Assembly (NCBI GenBank): GCA_963848305.1
Contig: CAWKDC010000003.1
Location: 64,001-128,000 of the forward strand
DNA: 64,000 nucleotides
Direction: 5' to 3'
Source of the DNA: an uncultured Gammaproteobacteria bacterium
GTDB taxonomy: Bacteria > Pseudomonadota > Gammaproteobacteria > JABCZS01
Below, piece by piece: positions 34,339 through 47,781 of the stretch. The notes beneath the pieces were generated by a model. It searched no databases. It had not been told where the DNA came from and saw only the letters and a list, made by a program, of their open reading frames with translations. The translations under genes and the position numbers were made by a program. Within the stretch, counting starts at the first letter, position 1; each line of letters opens with the position of its first letter.

Positions 34339-34722
34339 TTACTCTGCCGCAGGCGCAACCACTTCAATCGCGACTTTCTTAGCCAATTTCTCACGGATAC
34401 GTGCAGACTTACCAGACAGTTCACGGATGTAGTAGATTTTCGCTTTGCGAACATCGCCACGGCGTTTCACTGTGATGGAATTGATGGCTGGGCTATGTGT
34501 TTGGAAAACACGTTCAACGCCTTCGCCGTGCGAAATTTTGCGAACAGTGAATGCAGAGTTCAAGCCGCGGTTGCGCTTGGCAATGACCACGCCTTCAAAT
34601 GCTTGTAAACGGGTGCGTTCGCCTTCTTTGACGGTAACCTGTACAATCACGGTATCGCCAGCAGAGAATGAGGGCACATCGGTTTTCATTTGCTTTTTTT
34701 CAAAAGCTTCAATAATGTTCAT
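34339..34722 (-). CDS. rplS: 50S ribosomal protein L19
   Basis: [32 protein letters not shown]. Confidence 0.98.
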   Translation of the reverse strand: MNIIEAFEKKQMKTDVPSFSAGDTVIVQVTVKEGERTRLQAFEGVVIAKRNRGLNSAFTVRKISHGEGVERVFQTHSPAINSITVKRRGDVRKAKIYYIRELSGKSARIREKLAKKVAIEVVAPAAE

Positions 34723-34726
34723 GGAA

Positions 34727-35455
34727 TCACTCCTTCAAAAATTCATCTAGTAACTGCTGCTCATGCTTGTTTAAGGCATATTGTGCAAACAAATCAGGCC
34801 GCTTGCGATATGTCAGCCCCAACCGTTGCTGTAACCGCCAACGTGCCACCTGGGCATGATCCCCCGTCAATAAGACAGGAGGGACTGACTGGCCATCAAT
34901 CGTTTCTGGCCGGGTGTAGTGGGGGTGGTCCAGCAAGCCTTTGGAAAAAGATTCCACGTCGGCTGACTCACCACATCCTAACACACCTGGCAACAAACGG
35001 ATGATACCATCCATCAGGCACATGGCTGCACATTCCCCGCCGGACAGGACAAAGTCCCCCAGCGAAAGTTCTTCGTCGACATCATGTTCTAACACACGGT
35101 TGTCGATGCCCTCATAACGACCGGCTAATAATACCAGGCGCGGGCATTTTAATAAAGCCTCTATCTTCGTTTGCGTTAAACGCGGACCCTGCGGCGATAA
35201 GTAAATCACCGGAGCCCGAGGTAAATCTTGTTGGGCAGATGCAATCGCCTTACGCAGAGGACCCACTTGCATTACCATGCCGGGGCCGCCGCCATAAGGC
35301 CTGTCATCCACGCTACCGTATGCCGATTCACTGTAATCCCTCGGATTATGGTAAACCACAGAGGCAATACCCTGCGTAAATGCCCGACCAGTCACGCCAT
35401 ACGCTGTGATGGCTTGAAACATCTCGGGGAAGAGCGTTATGATGTCAAACCGCAT
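34727..35455 (-). CDS. trmD: tRNA (guanine37-N1)-methyltransferase
   Basis: [38 protein letters not shown]. Confidence 0.97.
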   Translation of the reverse strand: MRFDIITLFPEMFQAITAYGVTGRAFTQGIASVVYHNPRDYSESAYGSVDDRPYGGGPGMVMQVGPLRKAIASAQQDLPRAPVIYLSPQGPRLTQTKIEALLKCPRLVLLAGRYEGIDNRVLEHDVDEELSLGDFVLSGGECAAMCLMDGIIRLLPGVLGCGESADVESFSKGLLDHPHYTRPETIDGQSVPPVLLTGDHAQVARWRLQQRLGLTYRKRPDLFAQYALNKHEQQLLDEFLKE

Positions 35456-35943
35456 TATGGTTCCCACTCCACGGTCAACCTGCCTTCCGCAATATTGACA
35501 TCAACCACCACATGGCCAGCAACATAAGGCACCAAACGCTCTGTTTCCCCATCTTTCACGACCATCACGTCGTTAGCGCCTGTCTCAAATAAATGAGACA
35601 CTCGCCCTAAATACATACCTTCAACTGTATAAACAGCTAGGCCCTCTAAATCTGCCCAATAATGCCCCTGTTCAAGTGGGGGCAAATCGGCTCTGTCGAC
35701 CAGGACTTCCGCCCCAACCCAATGCCGCCCTGCCTCAGGGCTATCAATGCCTTTAAGCTTCAACAACAGGCCTTTTGTTTGATACACCTTGGCACTTTCC
35801 AGGTGAAACTGTCCTGTCTCGTTGGGATGCTTGAGCAACCAAGTGGGCAAATGCAATAGATCCTCGGGGTTATCTGCAAAAGGCAAGGCCTTCAGCATAC
35901 CCCGAACGCCATGGACACCGGTGATTTTACCGATGAGCAGCAT
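35455..35943 (-). CDS. rimM: ribosome maturation factor RimM
   Basis: GKITGVHGVRG, YWADLEGL, ETGANDVMVV. Confidence 0.96.
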   Translation of the reverse strand: MLLIGKITGVHGVRGMLKALPFADNPEDLLHLPTWLLKHPNETGQFHLESAKVYQTKGLLLKLKGIDSPEAGRHWVGAEVLVDRADLPPLEQGHYWADLEGLAVYTVEGMYLGRVSHLFETGANDVMVVKDGETERLVPYVAGHVVVDVNIAEGRLTVEWEP

Positions 35944-35945
35944 CT

Positions 35946-36215
35946 CTATTTTGCTGCCTCGACCACGGGAGGATTCTTCCGGTAGTCACGCACCAAATCA
36001 CGGACGCGGTCAGTCAATTGAGCGCCAGTGGCGACCCAATGATCCACGCGGGCGATATCCACACGCATGGGGACATCTTTACCAGCCGCAATCGGGTTGA
36101 AAAAGCCGATATGCTCAATGTAGCGACCATCGCGGGCAGCGCGTTGATCAGCCACAACTATATGATAAAACGGGCGTTTTTTAGTGCCGCGCCGAGCTAA
36201 ACGAATTTTGACCAT
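35946..36215 (-). CDS. rpsP: 30S ribosomal protein S16
   Basis: [36 protein letters not shown]. Confidence 0.98.
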   Translation of the reverse strand: MVKIRLARRGTKKRPFYHIVVADQRAARDGRYIEHIGFFNPIAAGKDVPMRVDIARVDHWVATGAQLTDRVRDLVRDYRKNPPVVEAAK

Positions 36216-36500
36216 GTTACTCTCTTTATTTACACATACAAACAAGGACCTGACTAGTCCCGAACTCGGCTATTGTACGCATGTTTTGAATAAAAATAAA
36301 CCTTTTTTTGCTGTGCCGTGCTTGACAAGGGTATTTAAGTACAATTTTAAGGACATATACTTAAAAAAGGAAAGTTGTATATTCGACGCATGCCGAAGAA
36401 GGTAGGCAGTTTTGGGAAAAAAAGTATATTACTCAAGGTGGTAGGCTTTAATGCCTATCGGCCTTCAGGATTATTTTAATTGTCACTTCGAATGGATAAC

Positions 36501-37280
36501 TTACTTGATCAGCGATTTTGCGACTCCCCTGGCAATTTTGCTAAAGTTTTTTTCCTTTGTCGCATAAAGGATTTTCCGTGACACACTGATCAGGGCATTT
36601 TTACCGCCGGCTGCCTGGAGACAGGTGGTGTAATCGCCGCCCTGTGTGCCAACGCCTGGGATAAGGAGCAACGCATCCGGTGCCCATTCCCGAACATGAG
36701 ACACGATATCAGGGGAGGTGCCGCCGACCACAAAACCAATGGGGGTGTCTGTGTCGAGCGCTAGCGTCATTTCGACCACATGCTGGTAAAGGGGTTTCCC
36801 GTTAGCCACCAAGTTTTGGAGCGTGCCCGCTCCCGGATTAGAGGTGTGACATAACACAAAAATGCCAGTGTCTTCATAATCTAAATAGGGCTCAATACTG
36901 TCAGGTCCTAAATAAGGATTGACGGTAAGGGCGTCTGCGCCGAACCGGCCAAATGCTTCAACCGCATATTTTTCCGCAGTGGAGCCAATATCGCCCCGCT
37001 TGGCATCGAGAATGATAGGGATGTCGGGATAAAATTCCTTAATGTAATCGATGGTCATTTCCAGTTCATCTTCCGCCCCGACTGCTGCAAAATGGGCAAT
37101 TTGGGGTTTATAAGCGCAGACCAAATCGTGCGTGGCATCAATGATGGCTTGATTGAAGGTAAAAATAGGGTGCTCTTGCGATTGAATGAACTCGGGGAAG
37201 AGATCGGGTTCTGGATCCAGTCCGATGCAAAGCGCGCTGGTTTTCAAGCGGGATTGAAGGTTGTCGGAGAATGCGTTCAT
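36501..37280 (-). CDS. pyrF: orotidine-5'-phosphate decarboxylase (type 2)
   Basis: LCIGLDP, YKPQIAHF, ILDAKRGDIGST, TVNPYLG, TSNPG, LIPGVG.QGG. Confidence 0.93.
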   Translation of the reverse strand: MNAFSDNLQSRLKTSALCIGLDPEPDLFPEFIQSQEHPIFTFNQAIIDATHDLVCAYKPQIAHFAAVGAEDELEMTIDYIKEFYPDIPIILDAKRGDIGSTAEKYAVEAFGRFGADALTVNPYLGPDSIEPYLDYEDTGIFVLCHTSNPGAGTLQNLVANGKPLYQHVVEMTLALDTDTPIGFVVGGTSPDIVSHVREWAPDALLLIPGVGTQGGDYTTCLQAAGGKNALISVSRKILYATKEKNFSKIARGVAKSLIK

Positions 37281-37388
37281 GAATGAAATCCTATTGTAAA
37301 ACCGTATTGTAAAATCCCCCGCGCACTAAGAGCACAGTTTACCCCCGCGAAAGCGGGGGCGCCCCTACAAGGGGGCTTAAGATGGATA

Positions 37389-38596
<1,208 letters not shown>

Positions 38597-38731
38597 TTAT
38601 AACACAGTGCGCGTGGAAAAATGTTGCGTTTCATATTCATCCTGCTATAATCACACATAAGCTCATAAACACATACGCGCCTATCTGTTTATTATTTAAT
38701 TAATTGATTTTTATGAGAAAGAGGGAAAATC

Positions 38732-38974
38732 ATGAACGAAACAGTCCGTTGGAATATCGCAGTATCAAAAGACACTGACCGAGCACTCCGAATGCTATTG
38801 GCGAGTCAGGGGGGCGGGAGAAAGGGAGATCTATCGCGTTTTGTCGAGGAGGCGGTTCGTGCACATGTCTTTGAATTAACGGTAGAGCAGATCAAGGCAT
38901 CCAATGCACATATTTCTGAGGAAGATTTGAGCAGCATGGTGGATGAAGCAGTTGATTGGGCGAGAGGGCACTGA
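38732..38974 (+). CDS. ribbon-helix-helix antitoxin
   Basis: 80 aa, RWNIAVS beta-strand, GDLSRFVEEAVR, C-terminal VDEAVDWAR; directly upstream of a PIN gene. Confidence 0.8.
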   Translation: MNETVRWNIAVSKDTDRALRMLLASQGGGRKGDLSRFVEEAVRAHVFELTVEQIKASNAHISEEDLSSMVDEAVDWARGH

Positions 38975-38977
38975 TTG

Positions 38978-39394
38978 ATGCGAGCTGTTTTAGATACGAA
39001 TGTATTATTGAGTGCGCTCATTTCTCCGCATGGCGCGCCAAATGCTATCTACCAAGCTTGGCGAGCAGGAAAATTTGAAGTGATAACTTCAACTACTCAG
39101 CTTGAAGAGTTACGTCGTGCAAGCCGTTACCCAAAATTGAAGGCGATTTTACAGCCATCAAAAGTCGGCACAGTGATACATTATTTGCAGCGTGCCATCG
39201 TGTTGGATAAATATGATCTCGATATTGATACTGCGGATCCCAATGATGCGTTTCTACTGGGTATGTCGATTGCGGGGGACGCGGATTATTTGGTGACAGG
39301 CGATCACCGCTCAGGTTTGCTTCAAAAAGGGAAAGTAGAAAGGGTTGCGATCGTAACTCCTACAACATTTATTCAAAGAATAACGCGAAATTGA
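38978..39394 (+). CDS. PIN-domain (VapC-like) toxin
   Basis: MRAVLDTNVLLSALI, DPNDAFLL, ADYLVTGD. Confidence 0.88.
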   Translation: MRAVLDTNVLLSALISPHGAPNAIYQAWRAGKFEVITSTTQLEELRRASRYPKLKAILQPSKVGTVIHYLQRAIVLDKYDLDIDTADPNDAFLLGMSIAGDADYLVTGDHRSGLLQKGKVERVAIVTPTTFIQRITRN

Positions 39395-39458
39395 TATATT
39401 TAATCATGCTCATTAAAACAACCGTATTGTTTTCTCATAGCAAATCTGTTAACTTGCA

Positions 39459-41441
39459 ATGGTAGTTCAACAAACATGCCGTGGGAGCAAACAAGTGTTT
39501 AGTTTTCTTTCCAACAATAACCCTAGCAGTCAACCAGGTAAATCAACCAGTGAAGTTCAGACGCCACAGGTTACTCCACCCAGTGATCATTCGCAGTTGG
39601 CTTTATCAGCGCAGTTTGAACTCCTTCTTAGAATCAATGTCGAACAATTAGATAATAATAGGCTAATATCGATATTAACTGAATATCAAGCTTCTAAAGA
39701 TTTTGATTTGGTTCTTTTGTACGTGAACGCGGTATATAATATTCAAAAAGCTGGACTACAAGGTTCTAAAAATCCCTTAATGGTTTTGATGAACAAAGTT
39801 GTTGGTGAGATTGCGCTCGCATTAAAAGAAGTGGATGATCCGGCTTTATTGCCTTTGAAAAAAATATTCACGGATGGAAATGCAAATGCTAAAACGGGAG
39901 CTTCTATTCGCCACAATCCTGTCACTTGCGTCATCTTTTTTTGTAATGCGATTTTCAAAATCGAAAACGCTAAGAAAAGAGAAACAGCACGGGCTCATCT
40001 TGAGAATTTGCTTTATATATTGAATGACAGCTTCAATGCTTTTTTTTACTCAACCGATCTGATCAAATTCATTAACAGTGCTATCCAAACATGGCAAGGA
40101 GTGGTGCTCGATGAAGCGGAAAAGGAGAAAGTAAAATTAGTAACAGAAAGAGACAGGCTGGCTCAGGAAAATAGAAATGTCGTTGAAGAAAAAGAGAGAC
40201 TGATAAAAGAAAATCAGGCCCTCAAAGAAGAGAGTATGTCTGGAAGAACATCATTTGCTGCCAGGGCGGAAAAAGGAAAGCCTGGCAACAATCCTATTCA
40301 TGATAGGCTCGCCATGGAAGCCTATTGGTCGAGACCTTTGCTGACATTGCTTGAGCTTATCGCGGTTCAATATCAATATGAGATGTTTTTTGTTGAGAGG
40401 AAAGCAGACCTTGAAATGGCGCATAGAAACAAAAATGGATCATTGAATGGTTATCAAAAGCCGAAAAAAATGTCTGAATTATTGTCAGCATGCGCTAAAC
40501 AACTCGTGGATAAGATCAAAACAGTTGAAGAGATTACCCAATTTATTGAGACGCATCCTGACCTTAAAAATCTTGATCTTGCAAAACGTATTCAAGTAGC
40601 CAGACGTGACAATTTCCTGGGGCAGCGTGGTCCAATCAATCAGGATGTGGAAGACCCTTTGCCGGGTGTGACAGTCCCAGACGATAAAATTGAAGATAAA
40701 GCGTATGTGAAGGGGTTGTACGCGAAATTATCTCGCATATCGAATATGTTCGGTAATAAAGAAAATAGTGGTTTATTGCCCTATGACGAAGTAGCCTCCA
40801 AAAAGTATGAGGGGTACGCTTTGGCGATTGAAAAGATGTTTCCATATGTTGTGTCTATAGACGATAACACGGATATCATGGCCTTGAAGGGTGTTTTAGA
40901 CATACCTTTATTGGCCTTATTGTATGCGATTAACATTCAATACCGTCATCAATGCATGCTGGTTGAAAAGCGCGGAAATGATGGAGTGTTATCTCAAAAG
41001 CTGAGCACGCTGGCAACAGAGTTGATCACAGAAACAAAAACGGTTGAAGACGGTGTTTTAACCATCACACAGGATAATGATCTGAAAAGCTTGGGTTTAA
41101 TTCACCAAATGGAAACATTCAAGGCTAGGCTGGAAGCTCTGGATAAAGCTGATGCTGATCAAGTGAAAAAATCAAGCAAGAAGCAGCCGACTCTTTGGAA
41201 GTGTACCCCTATTTTAGGAGTCGCTCTTGACGAGGGTAGGAAGAGAGATGAACAGTATATAGTATTGATGCATCGAAAGCTGTTGTGCATTGCGAGCATG
41301 TGTCGCAATCAAGGAGATAATTGCTTGCTACCTTTGAATGAAGCGTTAGCTATGCAGTATGAGGGATATGTTGAAAATTTAACCATACAGTGTTCTGATT
41401 TGGATAAAATTATTAAATCGAACCCTGGTAAGAGAAAGTAA
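39459..41441 (+). CDS. hypothetical 660-aa effector-like protein with coiled coil and a 190-aa tandem duplication
   Basis: AT-rich long ORF; duplicated units start at 40335 and 40905; ends GKRK. Confidence 0.7.
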   Translation: MVVQQTCRGSKQVFSFLSNNNPSSQPGKSTSEVQTPQVTPPSDHSQLALSAQFELLLRINVEQLDNNRLISILTEYQASKDFDLVLLYVNAVYNIQKAGLQGSKNPLMVLMNKVVGEIALALKEVDDPALLPLKKIFTDGNANAKTGASIRHNPVTCVIFFCNAIFKIENAKKRETARAHLENLLYILNDSFNAFFYSTDLIKFINSAIQTWQGVVLDEAEKEKVKLVTERDRLAQENRNVVEEKERLIKENQALKEESMSGRTSFAARAEKGKPGNNPIHDRLAMEAYWSRPLLTLLELIAVQYQYEMFFVERKADLEMAHRNKNGSLNGYQKPKKMSELLSACAKQLVDKIKTVEEITQFIETHPDLKNLDLAKRIQVARRDNFLGQRGPINQDVEDPLPGVTVPDDKIEDKAYVKGLYAKLSRISNMFGNKENSGLLPYDEVASKKYEGYALAIEKMFPYVVSIDDNTDIMALKGVLDIPLLALLYAINIQYRHQCMLVEKRGNDGVLSQKLSTLATELITETKTVEDGVLTITQDNDLKSLGLIHQMETFKARLEALDKADADQVKKSSKKQPTLWKCTPILGVALDEGRKRDEQYIVLMHRKLLCIASMCRNQGDNCLLPLNEALAMQYEGYVENLTIQCSDLDKIIKSNPGKRK

Positions 41442-41466
41442 CCATTGATGATTGTAGGAGTTCAAT

Positions 41467-41970
41467 ATGGCGAGAAAAACAGCTTATAGTGCTTTCGGGA
41501 TGCCCTGGTATTATTATGTCGGCGTGCTGGTTGTTTGTGGTGCAGGATGGGCGATTGCATCACAAGTGGAGATGTTTGAGTTGCCCTGGAAAGAGACAGC
41601 AGTCGTATCATCGCTGGCGGCATTCGTGTTAGTGTGTCTCCCTGCCTTTTGGGTATTTGTTAAGGGGTGCTTTTCTAAGTGGGGAAAGAATAATGACAAC
41701 CTGGATTTTTCTTTCACAACGCCGGAGGCTCCGTCTAACAGCGCCAACCCTGTTGCAGCTCCAGCGCATGGTTTCAAAACGCCTATTCTGGGTCAGAACG
41801 TTAGGCCTGAAGTTCCTGGTTCCGAAAGTGACAGAATAATAAGAAGAAAAGATAGGGACGAAGATGATGACGATACTGCGAGCAACACTAGTCATCAATC
41901 GATAGAGGATGATGACAATCCGGATGACTCGAGTGGTATATTACAGCATACTTCCCGAAATACTAATTAA
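41467..41970 (+). CDS. hypothetical two-TM protein with acidic disordered tail
   Basis: AGGAG ribosome-binding site, two hydrophobic helices, D/E/S-rich C-terminus. Confidence 0.65.
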   Translation: MARKTAYSAFGMPWYYYVGVLVVCGAGWAIASQVEMFELPWKETAVVSSLAAFVLVCLPAFWVFVKGCFSKWGKNNDNLDFSFTTPEAPSNSANPVAAPAHGFKTPILGQNVRPEVPGSESDRIIRRKDRDEDDDDTASNTSHQSIEDDDNPDDSSGILQHTSRNTN

Positions 41971-41977
41971 TAAGCTT

Positions 41978-42481
41978 TTACGACCGCAATCTCCCCAATT
42001 GCAGCCCAATCAATACGGCTGCAAAGGATTTTTCGGGGTTGACGTTGGCGATGCCTATCAAACCGAGGCCAATGTTTTTGTGGGGCGTCCAGAATATTTG
42101 AGATTCCAGCGGGTAGCCGAGTAGGGAATAGTTGTCGACCACGGTACTGGCCAGGCCTACGGAGGCTGATCCTAAAAAGACATCCGTCTTATACATAAAG
42201 CCGTAGAGCAGGCCGATGTCTTGTCCTTGGATGCCATGATCGCCATCAGGGTACAGATAGAAAACACTCGCATTGACAGATGTCGCGCGCAGCGTGACGA
42301 GTTGGTTGGGGAAAGTGGACATATTCACGCTGACTTCAAAGCCAGAGCCGGCTTGTTCATCCTGCAGGGGAATGCTTTCATCAAACACTGTGCCATACCC
42401 CGCCCCAAGGTTCACCCAAAAAGTTTGAGCTAGAAGAGACAAAGGAAATAACAGCATGGATATTAAGAATGAATGGCGCAT
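41978..42481 (-). CDS. hypothetical small outer-membrane beta-barrel-like protein
   Basis: Signal peptide, alternating beta-strand pattern. Confidence 0.6.
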   Translation of the reverse strand: MRHSFLISMLLFPLSLLAQTFWVNLGAGYGTVFDESIPLQDEQAGSGFEVSVNMSTFPNQLVTLRATSVNASVFYLYPDGDHGIQGQDIGLLYGFMYKTDVFLGSASVGLASTVVDNYSLLGYPLESQIFWTPHKNIGLGLIGIANVNPEKSFAAVLIGLQLGRLRS

Positions 42482-42519
42482 GGAACGTCTCCCTGTTCGG
42501 CAGATCGTATCATAGCGGA

Positions 42520-43992
42520 CTATCCATCACGCTTCAACATCAATCCATTCAAAATATCATAATAGGTGCGAATATTTTCCACGTACTTGACCGCTTCATT
42601 GCCTCGCGCATAGCCATGTTTGGAAGTACTATACCATGTAGCCTGCGTTTTTTTGGGCAGCCATTCGCGGATATCCTGCCAACGGTTAGGATCTCCCTTG
42701 GCTGCAGTGATCCATTTGCGCACATCAGTGATGTGGGCTGGGCCTATATTATAGGAAGCGAGTGCGATCCAAACTCTGTCGGGGCCTGTGATTTCCGGTG
42801 GGAGGTTATTATAAATGCGCTCCAAATATTCAGCACCGGCGTGAATGCTTTGAACGGGATCCAATCTGTTTTCCAGCTTGACTTCTTTCGCCGCAGCAAG
42901 CGTCATCATCATGATGCCACGCACGCCTGTGGGGGAGACGGCATCAGGATTCCAGTGTGATTCTTGATAAGCCAATGCAGCGAGAAGCTGCCAATTGAGT
43001 GCTTCCCTTTCTGCGGCTTTGAATGTGGATTCATATAAAGGCAAGGTGTTGGCAACGCGGCGGTGAAAAGTATCGGTATCGATGAAATCAAAATCCTGTA
43101 AATATTTAAAATACACATCAATTAACCAATCCAATTCTCCTGACTTTTCTATCGTGTTGAAGAATTGGTTGGCAGCATCGACCAGGGTATCGTCTTTTCT
43201 CAATCCCATTTGTAACTCATCAAAAAAAGCGGTGGCGATGCCCAACTTTTTGAGATGACCGAACATCGCATACATGCCTGGATAATAAGTGAGGGGTTTG
43301 AAGCCCCATCCAATGGACTGCTCGCCAACCGCTTGAAACCCTACGCGGAGGTTCGGGTAATATTGTTGATATTCCGCCAATTCAAGTGAATCGGCCATTG
43401 TGTATTCAATTTTGCCTTCTGCGACGGCTTCCAGCAAGGAGAGGGTGTCGGTGTTTTCGACCTCGAAAGACAAATTGGGGTATTTGAGTTGCTGTGTCGC
43501 CAATGTTTTTTCATAACTGCTGCCCACAGGGATCACAATATGAGCATTTTCCAAATCTTCAAAATCTTTGGGGCGATCATTACCAGATAAATAAACGACT
43601 TGTTCTTCGACTGCCATGTAGGGGCGGCTGTATCGAATTGGCGGATCCCGCTCAATATTGACGGCCAATCCTGCTGCGGCGACATCCGCGAAATTTCTGT
43701 CCACGGTGACCAATAATTCACGAATACTGGTGGCATAATCCAGGCGGGTTCTGACGCCCAAATGTTGCGCAAAGAGCTCAACCAGGCGGCGATCAAAGTG
43801 ATCGGGGTCTGGTTTGTGGCTAAAATGGGCCAGCGGAGTTTCACGCGTGATCACAACCAATACGCCACTCTTTTTGATGCGCCTGAGTTGGCTTTCCGCT
43901 TGTTGCAAGAAAAAAATGAGCACAATAAGGCCGACTGCAAGCAAAGCTTGGCCATAAGAACGGAGAGCGTAGCGGAGTCGAGTGTTTTGCAT
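42520..43992 (-). CDS. mltF: membrane-bound lytic murein transglycosylase F
   Basis: SBP domain plus SLT domain ([35 protein letters not shown]); divergent from purL. Confidence 0.93.
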   Translation of the reverse strand: MQNTRLRYALRSYGQALLAVGLIVLIFFLQQAESQLRRIKKSGVLVVITRETPLAHFSHKPDPDHFDRRLVELFAQHLGVRTRLDYATSIRELLVTVDRNFADVAAAGLAVNIERDPPIRYSRPYMAVEEQVVYLSGNDRPKDFEDLENAHIVIPVGSSYEKTLATQQLKYPNLSFEVENTDTLSLLEAVAEGKIEYTMADSLELAEYQQYYPNLRVGFQAVGEQSIGWGFKPLTYYPGMYAMFGHLKKLGIATAFFDELQMGLRKDDTLVDAANQFFNTIEKSGELDWLIDVYFKYLQDFDFIDTDTFHRRVANTLPLYESTFKAAEREALNWQLLAALAYQESHWNPDAVSPTGVRGIMMMTLAAAKEVKLENRLDPVQSIHAGAEYLERIYNNLPPEITGPDRVWIALASYNIGPAHITDVRKWITAAKGDPNRWQDIREWLPKKTQATWYSTSKHGYARGNEAVKYVENIRTYYDILNGLMLKRDG

Positions 43993-44035
43993 ACTATCCA
44001 GTATAGATTGTTTCTGCTATTCTACCGGTTTTCGG

Positions 44036-47000
44036 ATGGCAAGCATGGGTAATGACATCGTTTTCATGGGACCGATGACCGCGCAGGGTGCGCAGGTTGA
44101 GTATTGGGTGCGCACGCGAGTGCCCTTGAACGATGCAGATTTAAAAAAGCTAAAAAACTTACTTATTGAGGTGGGAGAAATCCCTGATATTGACGTCACG
44201 CCCAACAGCGTGTGGGTGACGCCCCGCGTGTCCACGCAATCGCCATTTTCATCAAAAGTCATGGATATTTTAGAAAACTGTGGGTTATCTACCATTACTC
44301 ACGTCGAAAAAGTACTCCGTTACGATCCCGCCACACATGATCGCATGACCCAATCGGTGTTGACGTCGCGTAACCTCGATTTATTATTTTCTGAAGCTGC
44401 TGTGCGTGGGTTAAACATCATTCCCCGGCAAGCGCTATCGGATGCCAATATGACCCTGGGCTTGTCTTTATCGCCTGAGGAAATCCAATATTTATTCGAG
44501 CATTATGAAGCTTTGCAGCGTGATCCGACGGATGCCGAATTAATGATGTTTGCACAAGCCAATTCAGAACATTGTCGTCATAAAATTTTCAAAGGGCGAT
44601 GGATCATCGATGGCAAACCGCAGCAAGATGGTTTATTCAACATGATCCGCTACACCTATCAACAACATCCTCAAGGCGTTTTATCCGCTTATCACGATAA
44701 TGCGGCCGTGATTGAAGGATTAGGGACAACAGCATTTTTTGCGGATCAGCATCATCATTATCATTTTTCACAACAACACACAGACATTGTGTTAAAAGTG
44801 GAAACGCATAATCACCCGACCGCGATTGCGCCTTTTGCAGGGGCCGCGACAGGGTCAGGCGGTGAATTGCGTGATGAAGCTGCGACAGGTCGCGGTGCAA
44901 AACCCAAAGCAGGCTTGGTGGGGTTTTCTGTGTCCCATTTAAGGATCCCGAATGCAACGCAACCTTATGAAACGACATTAGGCAAACCTGATCATATTGC
45001 GAGCGCATTAGACATCATGTTGGAAGCGCCTATTGGGGCGGCAAGGTACAACAATGAATTTGGTCGTCCAGGATTATGTGGCTATTTTCGCAGTTTTGAA
45101 TGGGGCCGTTATGGTTATCACAAACCGATCATGATCGCGGGTGGTTTTGGCAATATTCACCGCGATAATATTGAGAAAGGAAAATTAATCCCCGGTGATG
45201 TGGTGATTGTCCTCGGTGGCCCTGGCATGTTGATTGGTTTGGGGGGAGGCGCTGCCTCTTCAGCAACTGAAACTGGGCGTGATCAAGCCTTGGATTTTGC
45301 CTCGGTGCAACGTGATAATGCGGAGATGCAACGTCGTGCACAGGAAGTGATTCAAACGTGTTATCGCCATCAACCCAATCCCATTCGCAGTATTCATGAT
45401 GTGGGGGCGGGTGGGTTGTCTAACGCCATTCCTGAATTATTACATGATTCAGGTGTGGGCGGCGTGATCGATCTGAATGCCATTCCATGTGCCGATCCGT
45501 CTCTATCGCCCATGGAAAAATGGTGCAATGAATCTCAAGAACGTTTTGTGATCGGGATGGCGCGTGAAGATGTATCACTGTTTTCAACGTGGTGTGCGCG
45601 TGAACGTATTCCCTATGCAGTTGTTGGAACTGCGACGCCAGAGCAACATTTGCGCGTGATGCAAGATGATGTTGCGGTGATTGATCTCGACATGGGCATG
45701 ATCTTTGCGAAAACCCCGCCCATGTTGCGTGATGTCAAACATGTGCCTGTGTCCCAGCATGCCATTGATAATGTCGTTGATGATCTGTCAGCCACATTAT
45801 TATCAGTCTTGTCTCATCCGACTGTCGCTGATAAATCCTTTTTGATCCATATTGGCGATCGTACCGTTGGGGGATTAACAGTGCGTGATCAATGCGTCGG
45901 TCCCTGGCAAACCTGCGTGAGTGACGTGGCCGTGACGGCGAGTGATTTTTTAGCGACCACCGGTGAAGCAATGAGCATGGGGGAACGTACACCGATTGCC
46001 GTATTAAATGGCCCAGCTTCTGGCCGTATGGCTGTGGCTGAAGCATTCACCAATATCGCAGCTGCACCCATCGAATCAATCTCGCACGTAAAATTGTCTG
46101 CGAATTGGATGGCAGCTTGTGGTGTCGATGGGATGGATGCGGTACTTTATGACACGGTCGAAGCCGTCGGCAAACAATTTTGCCCTGCATTAGGTGTGTG
46201 CATTCCTGTTGGGAAAGATTCTTTATCCATGAAAATGCGCTGGGAAGAAAGTGATCGTGTTCATGAAATTGTTTCTCCTGTTTCATTGATTGTCACTGCA
46301 GTCGCACCCGTCACAAATATTTCGAATGTGTTGACGTCAGTATTATCAGCTGAAAAAGACACGTTGCTCTATGTGATCGATCTAGGATTTGGACAATCCA
46401 GGTTAGGCGGCAGTATTGTTGCTCAAATTCAAGATAAAATGGGGGATGTGGCGCCGGACATTGCGCCTGAACCCCTGAGGGCATTCTTCCATTTAATTCA
46501 ATCGTTGAATCAATCCCGTTTATTATTAGCTTATCATGACCGCAGTGATGGGGGATTGTGGGCGACGGTTGCTGAAATGGCGATGGCGTCACGCCTCGGT
46601 GTGATGTTAGATGTAAGCGCACTGGGCAAGCATGTTATGCCGATTTTGTGCAATGAAGAAATCGGGGCTGTTGTTCAAATCCGCGTCAAAGATGAAGCTG
46701 ATTTTTTGGCAGCAGTCACATCAGCTGGTTTAATGGAAGCAACGCATTTGATCGGGCAACCGCGTCCTGAACCTGTGATTCATATCAAACACGGTTGTAA
46801 CCATTGGGATATTCCTTTGCAAATCGCTCTCGAATCATTTTCACGCGTGAGTACTGACATGAAACAATTGCGCGATGCGCCTATTTGCGCCAGTGAAGAA
46901 TATCGAGCAGCAGTCTCTGTCGAACATCCGCCATTATTTTTCAAAGGTGATCCTTCAGTGAAAGTGCCACCTGCTATCATTGGCAAAAAACCCGCTGTGG

Positions 47001-47755
47001 CAATTTTGCGTGAGCAAGGGATCAATGGATATGTTGAATTGGCGGCTGCGTTTACGCTGGCAGGTTTTGATGCAGTTGATGTGCATATGCAAGATTTGAT
47101 TTCAGGTCAGCAAACCCTGTCTGATTTTCAAGGCCTTGCCTGCGGGGGTGGTTTTTCTTACGGTGATGCGTTGGGTGCGGGTGGCGGATGGGCGAAAAAT
47201 ATTTTATTCAACCCTGCCTTGTTGGAACAGTTCCAAGCATTTTTTGAGCGCAGCAATAGTTTCACATTAGGTTTGTGTAACGGTTGCCAAATGTTGTCAC
47301 AATTGAATCATATCATTCCGGGCGCTGATCATTGGCCCTTATTAGTGAATAATCACAGTCGCCAATTTGAAGCGCGGATGGTGATGGTTGAAATCATGCA
47401 GAGCCATTCATTGTTCACCCGTGGTATGGAAGGGATGCAGTTGCCTGTGGTGGTTGCGCATGGAGAGGGGCGGATACAGTTGAGTGCTGATCAATTGTCT
47501 CATTTACAATCAGACGATAAAGTCGTTTTACGTTACATTGATCCCTTAGGACAGCCGACAGTCAGTTACCCGTTCAACCCAAATGGATCAATTGGTGGTA
47601 TAAACGGGTTTACTTCTTCTGATGGCCGTGTCACACTCATGATGCCGCACCCGGAACGCGTATTTCGTTCGCAACAGTTCAGTTGGCGTCCGGAGGCATT
47701 TGGCGAGTGGAGCCCGTGGTTCAGATTATTTTTGAATGCTCGCCAATTTATATAG
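44036..47755 (+). CDS. purL: phosphoribosylformylglycinamidine synthase (large type)
   Basis: [55 protein letters not shown]. Confidence 0.97.
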   Translation: MASMGNDIVFMGPMTAQGAQVEYWVRTRVPLNDADLKKLKNLLIEVGEIPDIDVTPNSVWVTPRVSTQSPFSSKVMDILENCGLSTITHVEKVLRYDPATHDRMTQSVLTSRNLDLLFSEAAVRGLNIIPRQALSDANMTLGLSLSPEEIQYLFEHYEALQRDPTDAELMMFAQANSEHCRHKIFKGRWIIDGKPQQDGLFNMIRYTYQQHPQGVLSAYHDNAAVIEGLGTTAFFADQHHHYHFSQQHTDIVLKVETHNHPTAIAPFAGAATGSGGELRDEAATGRGAKPKAGLVGFSVSHLRIPNATQPYETTLGKPDHIASALDIMLEAPIGAARYNNEFGRPGLCGYFRSFEWGRYGYHKPIMIAGGFGNIHRDNIEKGKLIPGDVVIVLGGPGMLIGLGGGAASSATETGRDQALDFASVQRDNAEMQRRAQEVIQTCYRHQPNPIRSIHDVGAGGLSNAIPELLHDSGVGGVIDLNAIPCADPSLSPMEKWCNESQERFVIGMAREDVSLFSTWCARERIPYAVVGTATPEQHLRVMQDDVAVIDLDMGMIFAKTPPMLRDVKHVPVSQHAIDNVVDDLSATLLSVLSHPTVADKSFLIHIGDRTVGGLTVRDQCVGPWQTCVSDVAVTASDFLATTGEAMSMGERTPIAVLNGPASGRMAVAEAFTNIAAAPIESISHVKLSANWMAACGVDGMDAVLYDTVEAVGKQFCPALGVCIPVGKDSLSMKMRWEESDRVHEIVSPVSLIVTAVAPVTNISNVLTSVLSAEKDTLLYVIDLGFGQSRLGGSIVAQIQDKMGDVAPDIAPEPLRAFFHLIQSLNQSRLLLAYHDRSDGGLWATVAEMAMASRLGVMLDVSALGKHVMPILCNEEIGAVVQIRVKDEADFLAAVTSAGLMEATHLIGQPRPEPVIHIKHGCNHWDIPLQIALESFSRVSTDMKQLRDAPICASEEYRAAVSVEHPPLFFKGDPSVKVPPAIIGKKPAVAILREQGINGYVELAAAFTLAGFDAVDVHMQDLISGQQTLSDFQGLACGGGFSYGDALGAGGGWAKNILFNPALLEQFQAFFERSNSFTLGLCNGCQMLSQLNHIIPGADHWPLLVNNHSRQFEARMVMVEIMQSHSLFTRGMEGMQLPVVVAHGEGRIQLSADQLSHLQSDDKVVLRYIDPLGQPTVSYPFNPNGSIGGINGFTSSDGRVTLMMPHPERVFRSQQFSWRPEAFGEWSPWFRLFLNARQFI

Positions 47756-47781
47756 TTTTTTCACTCAATAGGAGACATCGT

